A stretch of DNA of 64,000 nucleotides from Nitrospirota bacterium (lineage in GTDB: Bacteria; Nitrospirota; Nitrospiria; Nitrospirales; NS-4), in assembly GCA_963788195.1 (NCBI GenBank), contig CAWBGA010000013.1, positions 32,001-96,000 of the forward strand, given 5' to 3'. The notes under the pieces were generated by a model. That model saw nothing but the letters and a program-made list of their open reading frames with translations, had not been told where the DNA came from and did not search any database. Position numbers and translations under genes: made by a program. Of this stretch, positions 1 to 9,997 are shown piece after piece (positions within the stretch are counted from its first letter, which is position 1; each line of letters starts with the position of its first letter).

Positions 1-102
1 ACCGCCCATACTGTCAGCTTTTTTAACATCGCCAGAATTTCGCATGCCATCGTGGCAGTTGAATCCGTGTATTAATCCGGACTTTGTTCTGAGGCCCGCA
101 AA

Positions 103-537
103 TTGCTTACTAGTAGAGGCCGTGTGAAATATCTCCTCTCATTAGCGCTCTTTCTATTGATGCTGGCCATTGCACCCGCCCAGCCCTGGAATCATTTCGA
201 CCCCTTGCAAGTGAAGAGCAAGGGGTACCCCGGACAGATTCCTTGCCCATGCACCCGCCCAGCCCTGGAGTCTGCCGGGACAGACTCCTTGCCCCTTGTG
301 GGTCTGCAGGTCCAGGGCAATCAGTTACCAGGCATTTGGACGTGCAAGGATAAAAATGGTGACACGGTCTTTAGCAATCGAACCTGGCAATATGGGGAAT
401 GTCGGCCGTACGTGGCTTCTCCAGGACTGCGAGAAGACTTCCTTGAGGAAATGCTTCTTAAGAGGAAGCAACACACCCCACAACACGTAATTCCAGATCA
501 ATCAAACCCGAAGAGCAATGTGATCGGGCCTTTGTGA
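103..537 (+). CDS. Secreted DUF4124-like protein carrying an in-frame repeat insertion (true start probably GTG at 124)
   Basis: Hydrophobic leader KYLLSLALFLLMLA, then IWTCKDKNGDTVFSN, which resembles IWACKNPDGSETFSD in the gene at 26702; nt 165-297 match the dispersed repeat. Confidence 0.55.
   Translation: MLTSRGRVKYLLSLALFLLMLAIAPAQPWNHFDPLQVKSKGYPGQIPCPCTRPALESAGTDSLPLVGLQVQGNQLPGIWTCKDKNGDTVFSNRTWQYGECRPYVASPGLREDFLEEMLLKRKQHTPQHVIPDQSNPKSNVIGPL
165..297 (+). repeat. Dispersed modular repeat, copy 1
   Basis: TGCACCCGCCCAGCCCTGGA occurs twice; hairpin CCCCTTGC...GCAAGGGG; GGACAGA(T/C)TCCTTGCCC. Confidence 0.8.
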
Positions 538-688
538 CAGGACGAAGCTCCCACCAGCCTCAGTAAATAGATACGGTTCGCCAGTTCCATCTGCTGACGT
601 GTCGAGCGGAGTTCCATCTGGATTGGAAAAGCGCGGCGTTTATGCTCCTTCCCAATCGGGATAACGAAGCGAGGCAGGGTTTAATAAA

Positions 689-1178
689 CTAGTCTCTCGT
701 CATTGTCTTCTCTTCCCATCGGCTTGGTTCTATCAGTTCCAATCGAAGGTCTTCCGCGTCTGTACTACATCCCTGGGTCGGCGCGAGCAAAAAGTCAGTA
801 TCCCAAAAGTACAACTCCACGAGAGCATCGAAGTCGATCTCGCGAAGTTTGAACTCGCCGACGGGGCGCCAGCCTTTCGGAGCAGCAGGCGCAAGATCAT
901 TGTGGATCACACAATAATTCTGCAGCACCTCATAAAGAAGCAACCAATGATAATCTGTCGGGCGATAGACAATAGGGTCTCGAATCGCGCAGTACAGCTG
1001 CGTCAGGATATCGAAGCAAGTGTCGGCAGTAAAATACCTGGAGCTTTCCGGATAGCAGCCTTCCCATAAATCGAGATCAGTATCAGCAAAGCCCTTGATG
1101 CTCTCGCACTCGCTTTCCAACGCGGCGTGAAGAATGGCTATGAAGACGGCGTCCGGCTTGTGCAGAGAAGTACAGCAT
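689..1178 (-). CDS. Hypothetical protein, probable frameshift near the N-terminus
   Basis: 143-aa ORF extends upstream in frame as PDAVFIAILHAALESE; an ATG (MLYFS) near 1178 is one base out of frame. Confidence 0.5.
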
Positions 1179-1290
1179 TGTCGGAAAATTCTACAATGTT
1201 AGCGCGTAAATGTGTATGCAAACCCGAATACCGTTGTGCGCCGAGAGATTGGTCCGCTTCGGCGAGATTGGTGGTGAGTAATCAGCCGAC

Positions 1291-1950
1291 TTACCGCGAA
1301 TGATAGCTCGCTCGGACGAAACGCAAAGTAGACCACTCGTGCTCCGCCGACACGGGATTGTTGGCCGCGTCGAACACCCTGACGACGTCGAAATCGGCCG
1401 AGTTAACGAAATCATTCTGCACGATCAACACGCTGGAAGCAGCCGTGGCTGGCCCCTTGTTCACCTCCGTGATGAGAAGGAGCTGATCGCGATCGGTTCG
1501 CCGAATGTGAAGGTGAAAGGTCGCTGAGGTAGAACCCGGATGGGTCGGTAGAGGCACACACTTCGAGGACCCGGCCGCCGATCTGATTCCACGCAGTTCA
1601 CGGAACAGGTTGACGCCGACGGCAACGGATGGCAAGGCGTCAGCCGGACTGCTCGTGAGCATCCGCCCGTGGAGGTTAATCCCGAGCTGTAGGGTGCCTG
1701 TTCCCGTTCCTCCGGTGATCGTCACATAGTCGAGGAAGTCCGCGGAGGCAGTACCGATGGGTGCGCCCGAAACTCCCCGGGTTCCCGGGGCTGAACCTGG
1801 ATGTTGACGCCGGGTCCCAGTGGAAACCTCCGATCCGTAATAGCCGCTCGTGTGTCCCAAAGTGCGTCGTCGGATTGCTCTCCTGATACGGATGTCGTCA
1901 AGGTCTGGGGTGGTGAGGGTTCGATTAGAGGAATTTAATCCTCGGAAACG
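1291..1950 (-). pseudogene. Degenerate secreted or surface beta-strand protein
   Basis: Protein-like stretches (DFLDYVTITGGTGTGTLQLGINLHG; DFVNSADFDVVRVFDAANNPVS) broken by apparent frameshifts. Confidence 0.35.
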
Positions 1951-2048
1951 CCATGCAGGGGGGTTGACATTTGGCCGGTGGGAATTATGTACCAGGCAAA
2001 AGTTGGTCGGGGCCAACGCGAGGCCCCCAGCAAAAAGGAGGCAAACAG

Positions 2049-2507
2049 ATGGCTAATGACATATCGCGGTGGGATCCGTTGAAAGAATTGGATCAGCTCC
2101 AGAGTAGGCTCTCAACTTTGTTTGGACGAAGCGCGCTGCGAAACAACGGCGAGAAAGAAGAGACGATGACAGTCGCCGAATGGGCGCCTCTGGTGGACAT
2201 TGCGGAAGACGACAATGAATATTTGATCAACGTCGAAATCCCTGAGATCCAGAAAGAAAACGTGAGAGTGACCGTGAATCAGGGTGTGATGAGCATACAA
2301 GGTGAGCGCACGTTTGAACAACCCGAGAACGGCAAAAAGTACCACCGAGTGGAGCGGGCGTATGGACGCTTCTCGCGTAGCTTTACCTTGCCTGACTATG
2401 TCGATGGAAACCGAATTACAGCGGATTTCAAGGAGGGTGTGTTACGGGTTCATGTGCCCAAGTCTGAGCAAGCAAAGCCAAAGAGTATTCAAGTAAAGAT
2501 CGCGTAA
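2049..2507 (+). CDS. Hsp20/alpha-crystallin small heat shock protein
   Basis: WAPLVDIAED, ERAYGRFSRSFTLP, GVLRVHVPK motifs; AAGGAGG RBS before ATG 2049. Confidence 0.95.
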   Translation: MANDISRWDPLKELDQLQSRLSTLFGRSALRNNGEKEETMTVAEWAPLVDIAEDDNEYLINVEIPEIQKENVRVTVNQGVMSIQGERTFEQPENGKKYHRVERAYGRFSRSFTLPDYVDGNRITADFKEGVLRVHVPKSEQAKPKSIQVKIA

Positions 2508-2617
2508 TCAGGAGCCGATCAGGGAGCCAGGCCAGCCTTCCTGGCTCCCTGCCCGGGTAAGGCATTACGTGCGTGGAGTTTCCGGAATCGCTAATTTTTT
2601 TGTCCGACAGAACTGCC

Positions 2618-3025
2618 ATGAATAAGCTGCATGTCACTTCTCTCCCAGTAAATACATCCAACGAGGACCTCCGCGCTATCTTTGAGCGAATAGGCCCCGT
2701 TCTAACCGCCAAAGTCGTAAGCGATCGCGATGGCAGTTGCGTCATGGGGGTCGTGGAGATGTCTTGTGCCGAAGATGTCGAAGAAATTCTTACGAGCAAT
2801 GATCGCATCTCTATCGGCGGGCGACGACCCGTCATCTGGAAGGTTGAGGAACCGACAATTGCACGACGGATTAAGGCAAAATACTCTGGTGTCCATCTCG
2901 AAGAATGCAAGGGACGGTGGTATGTGTTTGAGGTAAGTGACGGCCGTTTGTTATGGTGTCGCATGCTCCCCAAACACGAAGCACTGGAATTCTACAGGCA
3001 ACACGTCAATAGCCCACAGGCGTGA
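2618..3025 (+). CDS. RRM (RNP-type) RNA-binding protein with C-terminal extension
   Basis: KLHVTSLP (RNP2-like), EDLRAIFERIGPVLTAKVVSDRDG, MGVVEM (degenerate RNP1). Confidence 0.75.
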   Translation: MNKLHVTSLPVNTSNEDLRAIFERIGPVLTAKVVSDRDGSCVMGVVEMSCAEDVEEILTSNDRISIGGRRPVIWKVEEPTIARRIKAKYSGVHLEECKGRWYVFEVSDGRLLWCRMLPKHEALEFYRQHVNSPQA

Positions 3026-3114
3026 CCACCGCCATCCTGACCGTGTTCGAGCCATATTCGTACTTAGCAAGCCTATCAACCGGCGGATGGCGGGACTCGC
3101 GTGTACCAGTGATG

Positions 3115-3344
3115 TCAGGGTGTATTGAGCATCCAAGGTGAGCGAATATTTGAACAACCTGAGACGGCAAAAAGTACCCACCCCGGTGGAGCGGGCATAC
3201 GGCGTTTCTCGCGCAGCTGTACCTTGCCTGACTACGTCGATGGAAACCGAATTCCACCGGATTTCAAGACGGGGTCTTATGCGTTCATCGTGCCGAAGTT
3301 GGAACTAGCAAAACCGAAAAGAAATTCAGGTGAAAATCGCATAA
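3115..3344 (+). pseudogene. Truncated, frameshifted second copy of the Hsp20 3' half
   Basis: Aligns with ~2279-2507, e.g. shared ACCTTGCCTGACTA(T/C)GTCGATGGAAACCGAATT; a similar GC hairpin follows the stop. Confidence 0.85.
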
Positions 3345-3620
3345 TACGGCGAGCCTTCCGGGAGTCAGGCCCGAGCCTTGCGGGCCTGGCTCCACCTGCT
3401 ACAAAGGTTGTTGTGCTCTGACGCTGCCTCTAATTCGGAAGGTGAAGGCCGCCTACCTTTCAGCGCTCTCATTTTTTCTGCTGGCAGCATCAGAAGGCGG
3501 CTAAAGAACACAGTGTTCACACATCGCGGGGCTACCGCGGCCGTCACTTCTATGGATGGCCGCTGGCGTAGTGCCCTCGCGGAACGAGCATGTTTACAAC
3601 CTCAAACGTTGAGAGTTTGC

Positions 3621-4190
3621 TTAACCGTGCTTCTTAGCGGGCTTGACGGTCCGTTCCGCAGCGTTGGCTGGGCTGTCTCCATCGCCATTACTTTTGGCAA
3701 CCATCTTGGCTTCGGCAGGAACGGCAACCCCGCCCCGCGTCAACGCTTCTTTCCTTTGAAGCATTTTGTCGCCCAAGGCGTCAAGATCGATGTCCGTTGC
3801 CTTCGCCTTGGGAAGCATTTCGCTCTCTTCTTCTTTAATGTGGTGTCGGACGTTTTCAGCCAACACCGTGAACTTCGCGTCATAGTGGCTCTCAGTGCCG
3901 TCCATATCTTCTAATTCGGCAATCAAGACCTTGGCCACATGATGTTCCTCATCCGCTTCGTTCATGATCCCCTCGTTATCATTAATCTCTTTCCGGACCG
4001 CAGGATAGAAGATTTCTTCTTCAAGGGTCGCGTGAATGCTCAGCTCTTTGAGTGTCGTACGTACAATCTTGTTCTTGGTCCTGCGATCCTTCGCGTCTTC
4101 AAACTGATCAAACAAGTCCTTCACTTTCTTATGGTCTTCTTTGAGACTGGCAATTGCATTCATGCTCTTCGTTGACGTGATATCAGACAT
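3621..4190 (-). CDS. Hemerythrin/HHE cation-binding domain protein
   Basis: LKEDHKKV, HATLEEEIFYP, EEHHVAK, HHIKEEE motifs; AAGGAGG RBS. Confidence 0.9.
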   Translation of the reverse strand: MSDITSTKSMNAIASLKEDHKKVKDLFDQFEDAKDRRTKNKIVRTTLKELSIHATLEEEIFYPAVRKEINDNEGIMNEADEEHHVAKVLIAELEDMDGTESHYDAKFTVLAENVRHHIKEEESEMLPKAKATDIDLDALGDKMLQRKEALTRGGVAVPAEAKMVAKSNGDGDSPANAAERTVKPAKKHG

Positions 4191-4284
4191 AAACCTCCTT
4201 GAACTCACAATCCATTCATAATAGCCAGGACCCATCAGCGGAGCCGTTTTGCCACGGCTCCTTTCCCCAAAATTCTCTCGTCGC

Positions 4285-4365
4285 TCAACGCCCCACGCCG
4301 AAAAGAAAAAGCAGAAGAATCAAACTCAACGGCACACCAAGCAGCCACAACAGGATTAGCGGCAC
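4285..4365 (-). CDS. 26-aa hydrophobic membrane peptide MPLILLWLLGVPLSLILLLFLFGVGR (not in ORF track)
   Basis: GTG start after AAGGAGGT RBS; lies between two co-oriented genes. Confidence 0.7.
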   Translation of the reverse strand: MPLILLWLLGVPLSLILLLFLFGVGR

Positions 4366-4393
4366 TTCAATACCTCCTTATACTGATGGTTCC

Positions 4394-4966
4394 TTAATTC
4401 ATTACTTTCCGCGTTGTGGTGGATTGCTCCCCCCGCCTATACCAAGGACTCATCGGCTCACCGGATGCCATCCAGCCCCCGATGACTGAGCCCGCCAAGC
4501 CGATTAGCAGCGCCGCGACCGCACCTAAAGCATTGGCACTGACAACCGCTGCAGCATCGGGATTAATGGAACGAGATACTGCCCAGCTAGGAGTTCCAGC
4601 AAGCCCGCTGTACCAACCGCCAAAAAAGGTACCAGCCCCCAGAGCGGCCAGTACTAGCAACATTGGCACGGTCAGAAGCCAAACGACTCCTCCATGTAGG
4701 ATGGCAAGTTCTGCTTGCCGATAGCCGGCTAGTTTGTTTGTAACCCAAGCGCCAATCACAAAAGAGAAGAATGCGCCACACACACTAAAGATGAGCGCTC
4801 CCATTCCTAATTCCCTAACGTTAGCGAGATGCCCACCAACCTTGTGGGCGCCGATAGCAATTCCGGCCAAGCCAAAAATCAGCGCCATGGCCAACGCTGC
4901 CAAAGCCCCTACCCAGACGGCGTTCCAAGCAATGGGCCATTCCATTTTGAGATTGTCATTTGTCAT
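4394..4966 (-). CDS. Four-TM membrane protein of unknown function
   Basis: IAWNAVWVGALAA start, LHGGVVW, four hydrophobic segments. Confidence 0.8.
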   Translation of the reverse strand: MTNDNLKMEWPIAWNAVWVGALAALAMALIFGLAGIAIGAHKVGGHLANVRELGMGALIFSVCGAFFSFVIGAWVTNKLAGYRQAELAILHGGVVWLLTVPMLLVLAALGAGTFFGGWYSGLAGTPSWAVSRSINPDAAAVVSANALGAVAALLIGLAGSVIGGWMASGEPMSPWYRRGEQSTTTRKVMN

Positions 4967-5292
4967 CGCAACTGTTTACCTTTCCTGTACTTGTATCTAT
5001 TCCAGCGCCATGGAGACCTTTGTGAGGCATTTCTTACTATCATGCCATCTGTCTTATATTACGCACAGGAGCTTTCGCGTCCTATTGCCCTAAGTTGGGG
5101 GAAGATTCGCTACAAGTGCTATAACACTGATTTCAGAATGCATAGCGTCTTCATAAACGAAGACGAAGGACTTCACAGGTTGCATTTTGACTGGGCTGAG
5201 GGAAATGACACCGCCCACCGAGATCTCGGAACTCACATAAGAAGGGTTTCCCTGCCGGACAGATAAAGGAGAATATTACTTGCGGGAAGTAG

Positions 5293-5339
5293 TGGTGGCG
5301 GTGCCCCGGATTGAACGGGGGACCGCGGCTTATGAGTCC
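5293..5339 (-). repeat. Duplicated 3' half of tRNA-Met (att-like direct repeat)
   Basis: Matches 8581-8628 exactly apart from one missing C in a C run. Confidence 0.92.
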
Positions 5340-5958
5340 CCTTACTCAATTCAACAGCGGGCGAAAGAGTACCACTCGAAGCGTTAGGACTCAACGGTTT
5401 AGCCTCGAATAAGGCTACGGCAGGACTCACCCTAACACGCTATACCATTCTAATTGTGACCCGCAACCTCGCCCAGGCGCATCTGATCGCCGACTTTGCG
5501 GCACTATTTTGGGTTCAAAACGGTTCCGGGCGACTGACGAATTCGGTACAGCCAAGGAATTCTTTGAGTCCCCCCGCGAGATACTAACCACTGCCTATGT
5601 TTCCGGCATGAGAGGGTGAAGCCACGTTTCGAGACTGGTGCGCCGCGTGTCAAGACCCTTCTGTAGCGTGTACGTTTTCTTTCGTTGAATGGAACGAAAT
5701 TCACTAAACCTGTAGAAAAAAAATAAGGAAGCCGATGAACGTTTAACGCTGCTCTGCGCATGTATGGCGTGACGGCGGAAAAAATGCGTCGGGCAACCTT
5801 CAGAATTCTAGGAGGTATAGATCGAGATCAAGTATCCCCACCGGGCAGAACGGTAAGAGGCTCCCAACCTCTTCGTCCAGTACCAGAAGGACATGACATT
5901 TTATCAACACGCAGGATGATGGCATCAAGCTGTCTCAAAAACAGTTATAGGAGGTCGT

Positions 5959-8142
5959 ATGTTGTGCTTCCGTCAAGTTGTGACCGTCGAGGATCTACGA
6001 GAAAAGATCAGGTTGTCGATCGTGGCGTCTTCAGTAGTCTTGTCTCTATTCATATCTGGTTTGACTGTCCCAGTTCCCGTAGCCGCGGAGGGAAAGACCG
6101 ACAAAAAGGTCAGCATGGCTCCCCGTGACGCGAAAGAACCCGGCGTGGCCGAAGGCGATTTTTTGACCACCAATCAGGGGGTACGGATGGGCGATGACGA
6201 CAACTCGCTCAAAGCTGGCGCGCGCGGGCCCACGTTAATGGAGGATTTTCACTTCCGTGAAAAAATCACCCACTTCGACCATGAGCGCATACCGGAACGC
6301 GTTGTCCATGCGCGGGGATCCGGTGCCCATGGCTATTTTCAGGTCTATGAATCGATGGCGCGATATACCAAAGCCCAAGTTCTCCAAGATCCTTCCGTGA
6401 AGACACCGGTATTCGTTCGATTCTCCACCGTGAACGGTTCTCGGGGCTCGGGCGACACTGTTCGCGATGCACGCGGCTTCGCCACAAAATTCTATACAAA
6501 AGAAGGCGTCTGGGACTTGGTGGGCAATAACATCCCGGTGTTCTTTATCCAGGACGCCATCAAATTTCCCGATCTGGTCCACGCCTTTAAGCCTGAAGCG
6601 GACAATGAAATACCACAGGCATCCACAGCGCATGACACGTTTTGGGATTTCATTTCGCTGACGCCGGAATCTATGCACATGATCATGTGGATCATGTCCG
6701 ACCGGGCCATTCCACGCAGTTTCCGCATGATGGAAGGGTTTGGTGTTAATACCTTCCGTTTCGTAAATGAGCAGGGAAAATCGACATTCGTAAAGTTCCA
6801 CTGGAAGCCCTTGTTGGGTGTTCATTCGCTCGTGTGGGACGAGGCGCAGAAAATATCCGGTAAAGACCCGGATTTCCATCGCCGCGATCTGTGGGACGCG
6901 ATCGAGATGGGCGCGTACCCCGAGTACGAGCTCGGCGTGCAACTGCTGCCGGAGGATGCTCAGGACAAGGTCGGGTTCGATATTTTGGACGCGACCAAAA
7001 TATGGCCAGAGGATGTGGTCCCGGTACAACGTATCGGTAAATTGACGCTCAATCGCAATCCGGATAGTTTCTTTGCGGAAACCGAACAAGTTGCGGTCCA
7101 CCCCGGCCATATAGTCCCCGGAATCGACTTCAGCGACGACCCTCTGCTACAGGGCAGGTTGTTTTCGTATCTCGATACACAGATCAACCGATTCGGCGGC
7201 CCAAACTTTCATCAGCTGCCGATCAATCAGCCAAAATCACCGGTCAACAACCGCCAGCAAGATTCCTTCATGCGCTCCACGAATAGGCCGGGAAAGGCCA
7301 ATTATGAACCCAATTCTTTAGACGATCTGAAGGAAGCGACGAGCAAGCAGGGCGGGTTTGAAAGTTATCCGGCTCCAGTATCAGGTGCCAAACTTCGTGA
7401 GCGCAGCAAGACATTCAGCGACCACTATAGTCAGGCGACACTGTTCTTCAAGAGCTTGACTCCTCCAGAGCAAGATCATCTGATTGCCGCCCTGCAGTTC
7501 GAGCTTGGCAAAGTCTCCAATAAGAAGGTTCAGGAGCGCATGCTCGAGCACCTGGCGAACGTCGATGGCGACATGACCAAGCAGGTAGCGACGTATATCG
7601 GGCTCAAGGCACCCAAAGGGCAGGTCAATATGAAGGTGGTTAAGACGAAGGGGCTGAGCCAGGAGGAAAGCCCAGGAGATACCATCAAAACGCGCAAGAT
7701 TGCGATACTGACCGCAGACGGCGTCAATTCGGCGGATGTGTCGCGCATGCTTTCAGGGATGAAGAAGAACGGGGCGACGGCAGAAGTCATTGCACCGCAC
7801 CTGGGTGAACTGGCCGGCGGTGAGGTAAAAGTTGACAAGACGTATGCTACCGCCGCCTCCGTTCTATATGACGCGGTCTATGTCCCGGGAGGAAAAGAGA
7901 GCGTCAAGCAGCTTGTTGAAGATTATGAAGTTCGACACTTTGTTCGCGAGGCATATAACCACGGAAAAGCGATTGCGGCAAATGGAGAGGGAGCTGAACT
8001 GTTGCAGGCGGCCGGTATAGCGCCGGGGCCTGGGGTGGTGAGCGGAAAGAGTAGTTCCGATTTCACACAGAACTTCGTCGACGCCATCAAGCATCGACAT
8101 TGGAACCGTGTTAAATCGGTGGATAAGGTAAAAAGTAACTAA
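5959..8142 (+). CDS. katE: Large-subunit (clade 2, HPII-type) catalase with C-terminal DJ-1/GATase-like domain
   Basis: [15 protein letters not shown] active-site motif; RLFSYLDTQ heme-ligand motif; C-terminal YDAVYVPGG and HGKAI. Confidence 0.95.
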   Translation: MLCFRQVVTVEDLREKIRLSIVASSVVLSLFISGLTVPVPVAAEGKTDKKVSMAPRDAKEPGVAEGDFLTTNQGVRMGDDDNSLKAGARGPTLMEDFHFREKITHFDHERIPERVVHARGSGAHGYFQVYESMARYTKAQVLQDPSVKTPVFVRFSTVNGSRGSGDTVRDARGFATKFYTKEGVWDLVGNNIPVFFIQDAIKFPDLVHAFKPEADNEIPQASTAHDTFWDFISLTPESMHMIMWIMSDRAIPRSFRMMEGFGVNTFRFVNEQGKSTFVKFHWKPLLGVHSLVWDEAQKISGKDPDFHRRDLWDAIEMGAYPEYELGVQLLPEDAQDKVGFDILDATKIWPEDVVPVQRIGKLTLNRNPDSFFAETEQVAVHPGHIVPGIDFSDDPLLQGRLFSYLDTQINRFGGPNFHQLPINQPKSPVNNRQQDSFMRSTNRPGKANYEPNSLDDLKEATSKQGGFESYPAPVSGAKLRERSKTFSDHYSQATLFFKSLTPPEQDHLIAALQFELGKVSNKKVQERMLEHLANVDGDMTKQVATYIGLKAPKGQVNMKVVKTKGLSQEESPGDTIKTRKIAILTADGVNSADVSRMLSGMKKNGATAEVIAPHLGELAGGEVKVDKTYATAASVLYDAVYVPGGKESVKQLVEDYEVRHFVREAYNHGKAIAANGEGAELLQAAGIAPGPGVVSGKSSSDFTQNFVDAIKHRHWNRVKSVDKVKSN

Positions 8143-8169
8143 GCACGCGGTAGATTGTGCTTCAGGTCT

Positions 8170-8200
8170 CGCGGCGGTGGGCCTTCGCACGGCCCGCCGC
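8170..8200 (+). terminator. GC-rich hairpin after katE
   Basis: GCGGCGGTGGGCC...GGCCCGCCGC; the U tract is weak. Confidence 0.45.
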
Positions 8201-8409
8201 CCCGGTCCTTTCAGCTTGAGTTGTTCGGCGCTAATGGCGCACGTCCGAATCCAAATAACCGTTCAACGGTTTTGTCCGCGCACCGTCTTTCATCGAGCAA
8301 ACGATCGGCGTCATTTCTCTGCTCATCTGTTTCTCGGTTTCCTATTGTCACCCGAGGTAGACTCGCATCGCGAGATCGAGCGCGACGCATTCGGAGAGTT
8401 TCTTGATCG

Positions 8410-8500
8410 GTCGTTAGCAGCATCCAAAGTCACCATGGATACCTATGGCCATTTGTGCTCAAGCCGGGACAGCGGCTGGCCAATAAGCTGGATGATGAGC
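8410..8500 (+). pseudogene. C-terminal remnant of a tyrosine integrase
   Basis: SSIxVTMDTYGHL followed out of frame by GQRLANKLD; resembles the catalytic-Tyr box of tRNA-targeting integrases; convergent on the tRNA 3' end. Confidence 0.6.
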
Positions 8501-8580
8501 CGGGAGAGTGTGAAATGGCACCCAGGCGCACCATGGAGGAGAGACGCAAGAGCAGGGGAGTTATAAGTCGCGGAATGATT

Positions 8581-8656
8581 TGGTGGCGGTGCCCCGGATT
8601 GAACGGGGGACCCGCGGCTTATGAGTCCGCTGCTCTACCAACTGAGCTACACCGCC
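8581..8656 (-). tRNA. tRNA-Met(CAT), probably elongator; Ile2 not excluded
   Basis: GGCGGTGTAGCTCAGTTGGTAGAGCAGCGGACTCATAAGCCGCGGGTCCCCCGTTCAATCCGGGGCACCGCCACCA; 76 nt with CCA. Confidence 0.95.
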
Positions 8657-8746
8657 AAGCCGAAGATGAACCGTGTTTTATAGCATGGCAGCATCAGCCC
8701 TTACAAATCCCCAACGACCCATTGCATTGCTGGACCTGAGTCAAGC

Positions 8747-8923
8747 TTATTTTTTTCTGTAAACGTTGAGGCCGATCTTTTCGTCGCGGTCCAGGACAGT
8801 GACATTACCCTCCGTGGAAGCAATGATAATATTCTTTCCGGACCCGGAGGGCCCGAATTCTTTGGAAAGGTCCACTTTGAGCGTAAGGATCGTGCCTTCC
8901 ACCGTCATTTCGATATTCTTCAT
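8747..8923 (-). CDS. 58-aa hypothetical protein MKNIEMTVEGTILTLKVDLSKEFGPSGSGKNIIIASTEGN... (not in ORF track)
   Basis: GGAGG RBS; clean ORF; resembles a small family I recall from other bacteria. Confidence 0.8.
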   Translation of the reverse strand: MKNIEMTVEGTILTLKVDLSKEFGPSGSGKNIIIASTEGNVTVLDRDEKIGLNVYRKK

Positions 8924-9044
8924 CGCTCGTTGCCTCCATTTCTGTCTTGCTCACCGGGTACGCCATAAGGTCATGACGCCTTCGTCAGTTGTGAAACTGA
9001 AATCGGAACCTGCGGAGATCCGAGCGGCGAGCGGGCTTTACGGG

Positions 9045-9245
9045 CTAGTGTGGCTGCTTTTTATATCCCATCTTCTCCATACACTTATTGATATCCGTCT
9101 CGGCCGTGCGCGCGACATACCGCTCGCACTCGGCCAAATCCCGCTCTGCTTGTAACTCAGATCTGTCTGCGGGTGGGATCCACGTTTCACGTGCGGCACA
9201 GGCGCACAGTCCTACCAGCAGCGAAATCCAGATCCATCTCTGCAT
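9045..9245 (-). CDS. Small lipoprotein
   Basis: Lipobox-like LVGLCAC; DLAEC...CMEKMGY; AAGGAGG upstream. Confidence 0.7.
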   Translation of the reverse strand: MQRWIWISLLVGLCACAARETWIPPADRSELQAERDLAECERYVARTAETDINKCMEKMGYKKQPH

Positions 9246-9324
9246 ACCAGCCCTCCTTAATTGAGAAATTAGCGTCCTGGAAGAATATAAAAGCTACGAC
9301 ACAGGTTATCAAGATTTCATCCAC

Positions 9325-9460
9325 CGCCATTGCACCCGCCCTTCCCCGGACGCGTCAAGACGCGTCCTGTTCCCTTGGCCCGAGTTCGCCAAGACGAGCT
9401 CTTCCTCCCGTGGCCTGAAATCTTCTCGATTCCTTGCAGGGGAAGGCAAGGGGTGCCGCC
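9325..9460 (+). repeat. Dispersed modular repeat, copy 2
   Basis: GCCATTGCACCCGCCC; CCCGAGTTCGCCAAGACGAGCTCTTCCTCCCGTGGCCTGAAATC; CCTTGC...GCAAGGGGTGCC. Confidence 0.8.
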
Positions 9461-9513
9461 GTACGAGCGCAGGTCTAATCGTCTGAAGAGACCTAACGGC
9501 GAACTGACGGACT

Positions 9514-9717
9514 TCACCGGCAGGTCGACCGCCAGCGAGGCAGCGGACGAGTAGAAGCGGAGTCGGGAACGTGGTAGGATTCCATCTTATTTACTAACAG
9601 CGCCAGCGCATACCTGACGATTAACTCTTCGTCCTCTGTCAAGCCATGCTGAGCCTCGATCAGACTCAGAACCTCTTCAGTCGAAGCCGTAAATCCTCGA
9701 ATTGTCTGGGCTACCAT
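9514..9717 (-). CDS. Small helical hypothetical protein
   Basis: AAGGAG RBS before ATG 9717; residue pattern similar to the ORF at 41309. Confidence 0.55.
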   Translation of the reverse strand: MVAQTIRGFTASTEEVLSLIEAQHGLTEDEELIVRYALALLVNKMESYHVPDSASTRPLPRWRSTCR

Positions 9718-9997
9718 AGCAGTATCTCCTTGTTCGCTTGCCCAGAAGCTATGCGAAGATGGTGCCAATTGCAGATGTATCAGAGATCATTGCTGATTTC
9801 GCGTATCACCAAACTCCCCATTAGATCTAGCGCGTCGAAATAGCCTCAAAACAGCCACCGAGTTGTATCATATTCGTCCGTGAAGGTATCCTTTCTGATT
9901 CTTTGGCACAGTGTTCTTTGTCCCAAAGATTTGCTAGCCTAGTAACAAGCGAAAAGGTAGGCCCGGAAACTCATTTGATGAAAACGGGGAAAAAGCC

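Larger units (their letters stand above)
5293..8628. mobile_element. Decayed tRNA-integrated island of ~3.3 kb carrying catalase
   Basis: Bounded by the tRNA 3'-half direct repeat; integrase remnant next to the tRNA. Confidence 0.7.

Noticed and set aside
6235..7110. Long antisense ORFs (also 24639-25649, 15762-16634, 49445-50131, 31029-31748)
   Set aside because: Shadows of well-supported genes on the opposite strand in GC-rich DNA
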